Shown: positions 32,877-35,838 of the stretch, one piece after another
How the letters are laid out: each line of letters opens with the position of its first letter
Position numbering within the stretch: position 1 is the stretch's first letter
From: a virus
Lineage: Duplodnaviria > Caudoviricetes
Strand: one strand, 5' to 3'
IMG/VR virus record: IMGVR_UViG_3300037510_000211
Coordinates: 1-35,838 of that record
DNA: 35,838 nucleotides
Translations under genes and position numbers: made by a program
Notes under the pieces: model-generated
What the model was told of the DNA's origin: nothing
The model's input: only the letters and a program-made list of their open reading frames with translations
Databases searched by the model: none

Positions 32877-35838
32877 CGACCACGATCGTCTTCTCCGACG
32901 CGGCGGACGGTGGTATCTACACCGTCAGCTCCAGCTACGCGAACGCGCTCGCGGGCACCGGTACCCAGGCGGTCACCAGCACCGACACGATCACCTTCGG
33001 CCAGGGCTTCAACACGGCGGCCTTCCCCGGCTCGCAGTACAGCATTGACCAGGCGTTTATCAGCTTCACCTTCTCGGCCCCGGCCGCCACGGAGAAGGTC
33101 GTCGCCTCGTACATCCGGGCCTACGAGAACTTCTCCTACAACAGCTCGGTCAGCCGGATCTTGGACTGGGCCGAGTTCGACTGGGGCGCGAGCCTCACCA
33201 CGGCCGACTTCCGCCCCCAGAGCGCGTGGGCGGGCCTGACCTCCTACGGCCGGGTCTCCGCCGTGCAGAACTGGGGCGGCTACTACGTCTTCGGCGGCAC
33301 CGACACGCTGAACACGCGCATCGCCTCGGGCGGTCCGCTGCGCCTGGTCGGCGCGAGCGACCGCGCCCGGGTCGGCGCGACCCCTACGGTCGACGAGCGC
33401 ACCGACCTGGCGTCGGCCGACGCCTCGGGCACCAGCTCGGACCCGGCGCTGGTCTACACCACGATCACGATCTCCACCCTCCAGGGCGTCATGAACGCTC
33501 AGGTGCAGCTCACCGATGGCACGCACGCCTTCCTGGAGTACGACGCGGCGGGCACCGGCAGCCTGACCCTGAAGTACCACAACGGCACGAGCGCGAGCAC
33601 GATCGGCACGGTCGGGGTGGGCACCTCGGGGACGCTGATCCAGTCGACGTGGGCGGGCGCGCAGGCGGTCACGCTCGTGCGCGACGACTCCAACAACCTC
33701 TACATCATCGGCAAGCTGGCCGCCTCCAATGACTCGATCTGCGTCGAGACCTGGACCAAGGGCTCCGGCGCGACCTGGACGGTTGGCACCCGGCGCAGTG
33801 CCGCGCTGACCACCTACACCGAAGGCTCGCTGAACAACTTCGCGGCGGCCTGGCACAACGTGGGCACCAGCGGCACGATCATGCTCGTGGCCAGCCACTC
33901 GGCCGGTCGCGCGCCGCAGGACACGGCCGACATCTTGTACGCGCTGCTCAACTGCCAGTACCTCCTGACCGGCACCGGCTCGCTCCTGCGCAACCAGGGC
34001 TCGGCGAACGGCACGCTGGTGATGGCCACCTCGGGCTTCGGCATCGCCAACCCGACCGGCACCATGCTGGACGTGGCCGCTGCTCCCGGCACCACCGATC
34101 GGGGCTACGTGTTCTCGACCTCGGGCAATCAGCTCATGGGCGACAACTCGGCCTCCAACGAGGTGTGGCGTTACAAGCTGGCCAGCGACGGGACCTCGAT
34201 CGCCGACACCGACGACGGCACCGAGCAGTGGGCGGTGAAGGACGCCAGCTCGAAGTTGCGCGTGATCGGGCTGGACTCGACGGTCTTCGCCTCGCTGTCC
34301 AACGACAACGACACCGGCTACGGCCCGACCGTCTACGTGCAGCAGAACTTCGGCACCAGCAGCTCCTTCACCGAGCTGGGCTACGTCACGCTCGATGGGG
34401 ACGTGACCTCGCTGCCCAGCTCGACGGTGATGTCCACCTCGCCCCTGTGGGACCTGGCCTACGACTCGACCGGCAAGAAGCTCTGGCTGTACTACTTCGA
34501 CAAGGCCAACAACCGGCGCCTGATGCGTACGTCGGTCGACATGAACACCTACCTGGCCGACAACAACGAGGTGCAGGTCAACTCGGCCGTGGGCGCGTCG
34601 GGCTCGACGAACCTCGCGCTGCGCGTGCACCGGGGCGCGCTGGCCGGTCAGACCGTGCTGGTCTCGGTGGCCAACCGCACCTCGGGAGGGGTGCACTCCA
34701 CGCAGTACATCGTGGACACCTTCAACGTGGCCCCGACCGCGCCGACCCTCTCCCCGAAGACCAACTTCGACGCGACCGCCTCGGCGACCTTCTCGTGGAC
34801 GTTCAACGACCCGAACGCGGGCGACACCCAGTCGGCCTACCAGCTCCAGATCAACAGCTCCTCGGGCGTCTACCGGTACGACTCGGCGAAGGTCACCGCG
34901 TCGGCCGCAACGTACATCGGGGCAGGCGCGTCGGCGGTCAGCGCCTCGGGCTCCCTCTCCCCGGCCGTGCCCTCGGGCCTGGCGGGCGACACGTTGGTGA
35001 TCCTGGCGTCGGTGCGCAACTCCGGCACCGGCACGGTGAACACGCCGACCGGCTACCAGGTGCTTGGCAGCTCGGGCAACGTCTCGGTCTTCGGCAAGGT
35101 CGCCGACACCGACTCGGAAAGCGCGACGACGGTCAGCTTCACGGGCGGCACCGCGACCGACGACGTGATGGCGCGCGTGTTCCGGTTCCGCAACCTGCCG
35201 CTGTTCACGATCGCCTCGAACGTGCAGCTCAACGGCAGCGCGCAGAACATCACCTACCCGGCGCTCACCGTGCCGCTGGCCAACTCGGTGGTGCTGGTCG
35301 CGGGCTGGAAGCAGGACGACTGGACCTCGGTCGCTTCGCTGGCGGGCTTCACGGAGGTGGAGGACAGCTTCTCGACGGGTGGCAACGACGCCGGTCAGGT
35401 CATGGACTACGTGATCCAGACGACCGCGACCAACATCACCTCGTCGAGCTTCAACGTGACCGGTGGCGCGAGCGCAATCAGCCGGGGTCTGGTGCTCTCG
35501 CTCGGCCCGGCCGGGCTGACCGCCACCTCCCAGAGCCACGTGCTCCCGGCCAACGTGCTGACCAACGGCAACTCGTGGCAGTGGCGCGTGCGTACGTACG
35601 ACGCGGCCGGGCTGGTCTCGCCGTGGAGCGACTTCGGCACCTTCTCGACCGCCTCGGGCGGCACGGTGACGATCACCGACCCGGCCACCGACAACCCGGC
35701 CGGGGTGGTGACCAACTCCTACGACATCGACTGGATGGTAACCGGCACCACGCAGGCCAGCTACCGCGTGCAGGTGACCCAGGTCTCCAACGGCTCGACG
35801 CTGATCGACACCGGCTACGTCTTCAGCTCGGCGACCAC
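32873..35838 (+). CDS. Giant Ser/Thr-rich minor tail protein, 5' part (~1268 aa across the junction)
   Basis: Absent from the ORF track because no stop occurs before the window end. MTTTIVFSDAADGG...; FN3-like FSWTFNDP..GDTQSAYQL and WQWRVRTYD...SPWS; in frame with 1-870. Confidence 0.88.
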   Translation, partial: MTTTIVFSDAADGGIYTVSSSYANALAGTGTQAVTSTDTITFGQGFNTAAFPGSQYSIDQAFISFTFSAPAATEKVVASYIRAYENFSYNSSVSRILDWAEFDWGASLTTADFRPQSAWAGLTSYGRVSAVQNWGGYYVFGGTDTLNTRIASGGPLRLVGASDRARVGATPTVDERTDLASADASGTSSDPALVYTTITISTLQGVMNAQVQLTDGTHAFLEYDAAGTGSLTLKYHNGTSASTIGTVGVGTSGTLIQSTWAGAQAVTLVRDDSNNLYIIGKLAASNDSICVETWTKGSGATWTVGTRRSAALTTYTEGSLNNFAAAWHNVGTSGTIMLVASHSAGRAPQDTADILYALLNCQYLLTGTGSLLRNQGSANGTLVMATSGFGIANPTGTMLDVAAAPGTTDRGYVFSTSGNQLMGDNSASNEVWRYKLASDGTSIADTDDGTEQWAVKDASSKLRVIGLDSTVFASLSNDNDTGYGPTVYVQQNFGTSSSFTELGYVTLDGDVTSLPSSTVMSTSPLWDLAYDSTGKKLWLYYFDKANNRRLMRTSVDMNTYLADNNEVQVNSAVGASGSTNLALRVHRGALAGQTVLVSVANRTSGGVHSTQYIVDTFNVAPTAPTLSPKTNFDATASATFSWTFNDPNAGDTQSAYQLQINSSSGVYRYDSAKVTASAATYIGAGASAVSASGSLSPAVPSGLAGDTLVILASVRNSGTGTVNTPTGYQVLGSSGNVSVFGKVADTDSESATTVSFTGGTATDDVMARVFRFRNLPLFTIASNVQLNGSAQNITYPALTVPLANSVVLVAGWKQDDWTSVASLAGFTEVEDSFSTGGNDAGQVMDYVIQTTATNITSSSFNVTGGASAISRGLVLSLGPAGLTATSQSHVLPANVLTNGNSWQWRVRTYDAAGLVSPWSDFGTFSTASGGTVTITDPATDNPAGVVTNSYDIDWMVTGTTQASYRVQVTQVSNGSTLIDTGYVFSSAT
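35810..35838. repeat. Terminal overlap with 1-29
   Basis: 28 of 29 bases identical to the window start. Confidence 0.9.

Overview
This window looks like an essentially complete, circularly permuted genome (~35.8 kb, very GC-rich) of a siphovirus-type actinobacteriophage. The first and last 29 bp overlap with one mismatch, and a ~1268-aa minor tail gene reads in frame across the junction. The + strand carries an HTH_17 regulator, TOPRIM primase-helicase, family A DNA polymerase, endonuclease VII, HTH protein, TerS/TerL, SPP1-like portal, MuF-like protein, scaffold, major capsid, head-tail proteins, major tail, tail chaperones (probable -1 frameshift), tape measure, minor tails, endolysin and a membrane-protein lysis cassette. 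The - strand carries an SF2 helicase, PD-(D/E)XK nuclease, SSB, small membrane ORFs and an epimerase plus two glycosyltransferases. I found no integrase, repressor or partition system. The most unusual signals are non-coding: a 123-bp inverted-repeat element present twice with identical internal spacing, a 73-nt tRNA mimic lacking an anticodon loop, a capsid mRNA leader with repeated GUGAA-loop hairpins, a 5-copy junction motif (GTGTATGATGTTCACAG), and a divergent promoter with a shared -35 palindrome. All calls come from manual motif reading; no searches were run.
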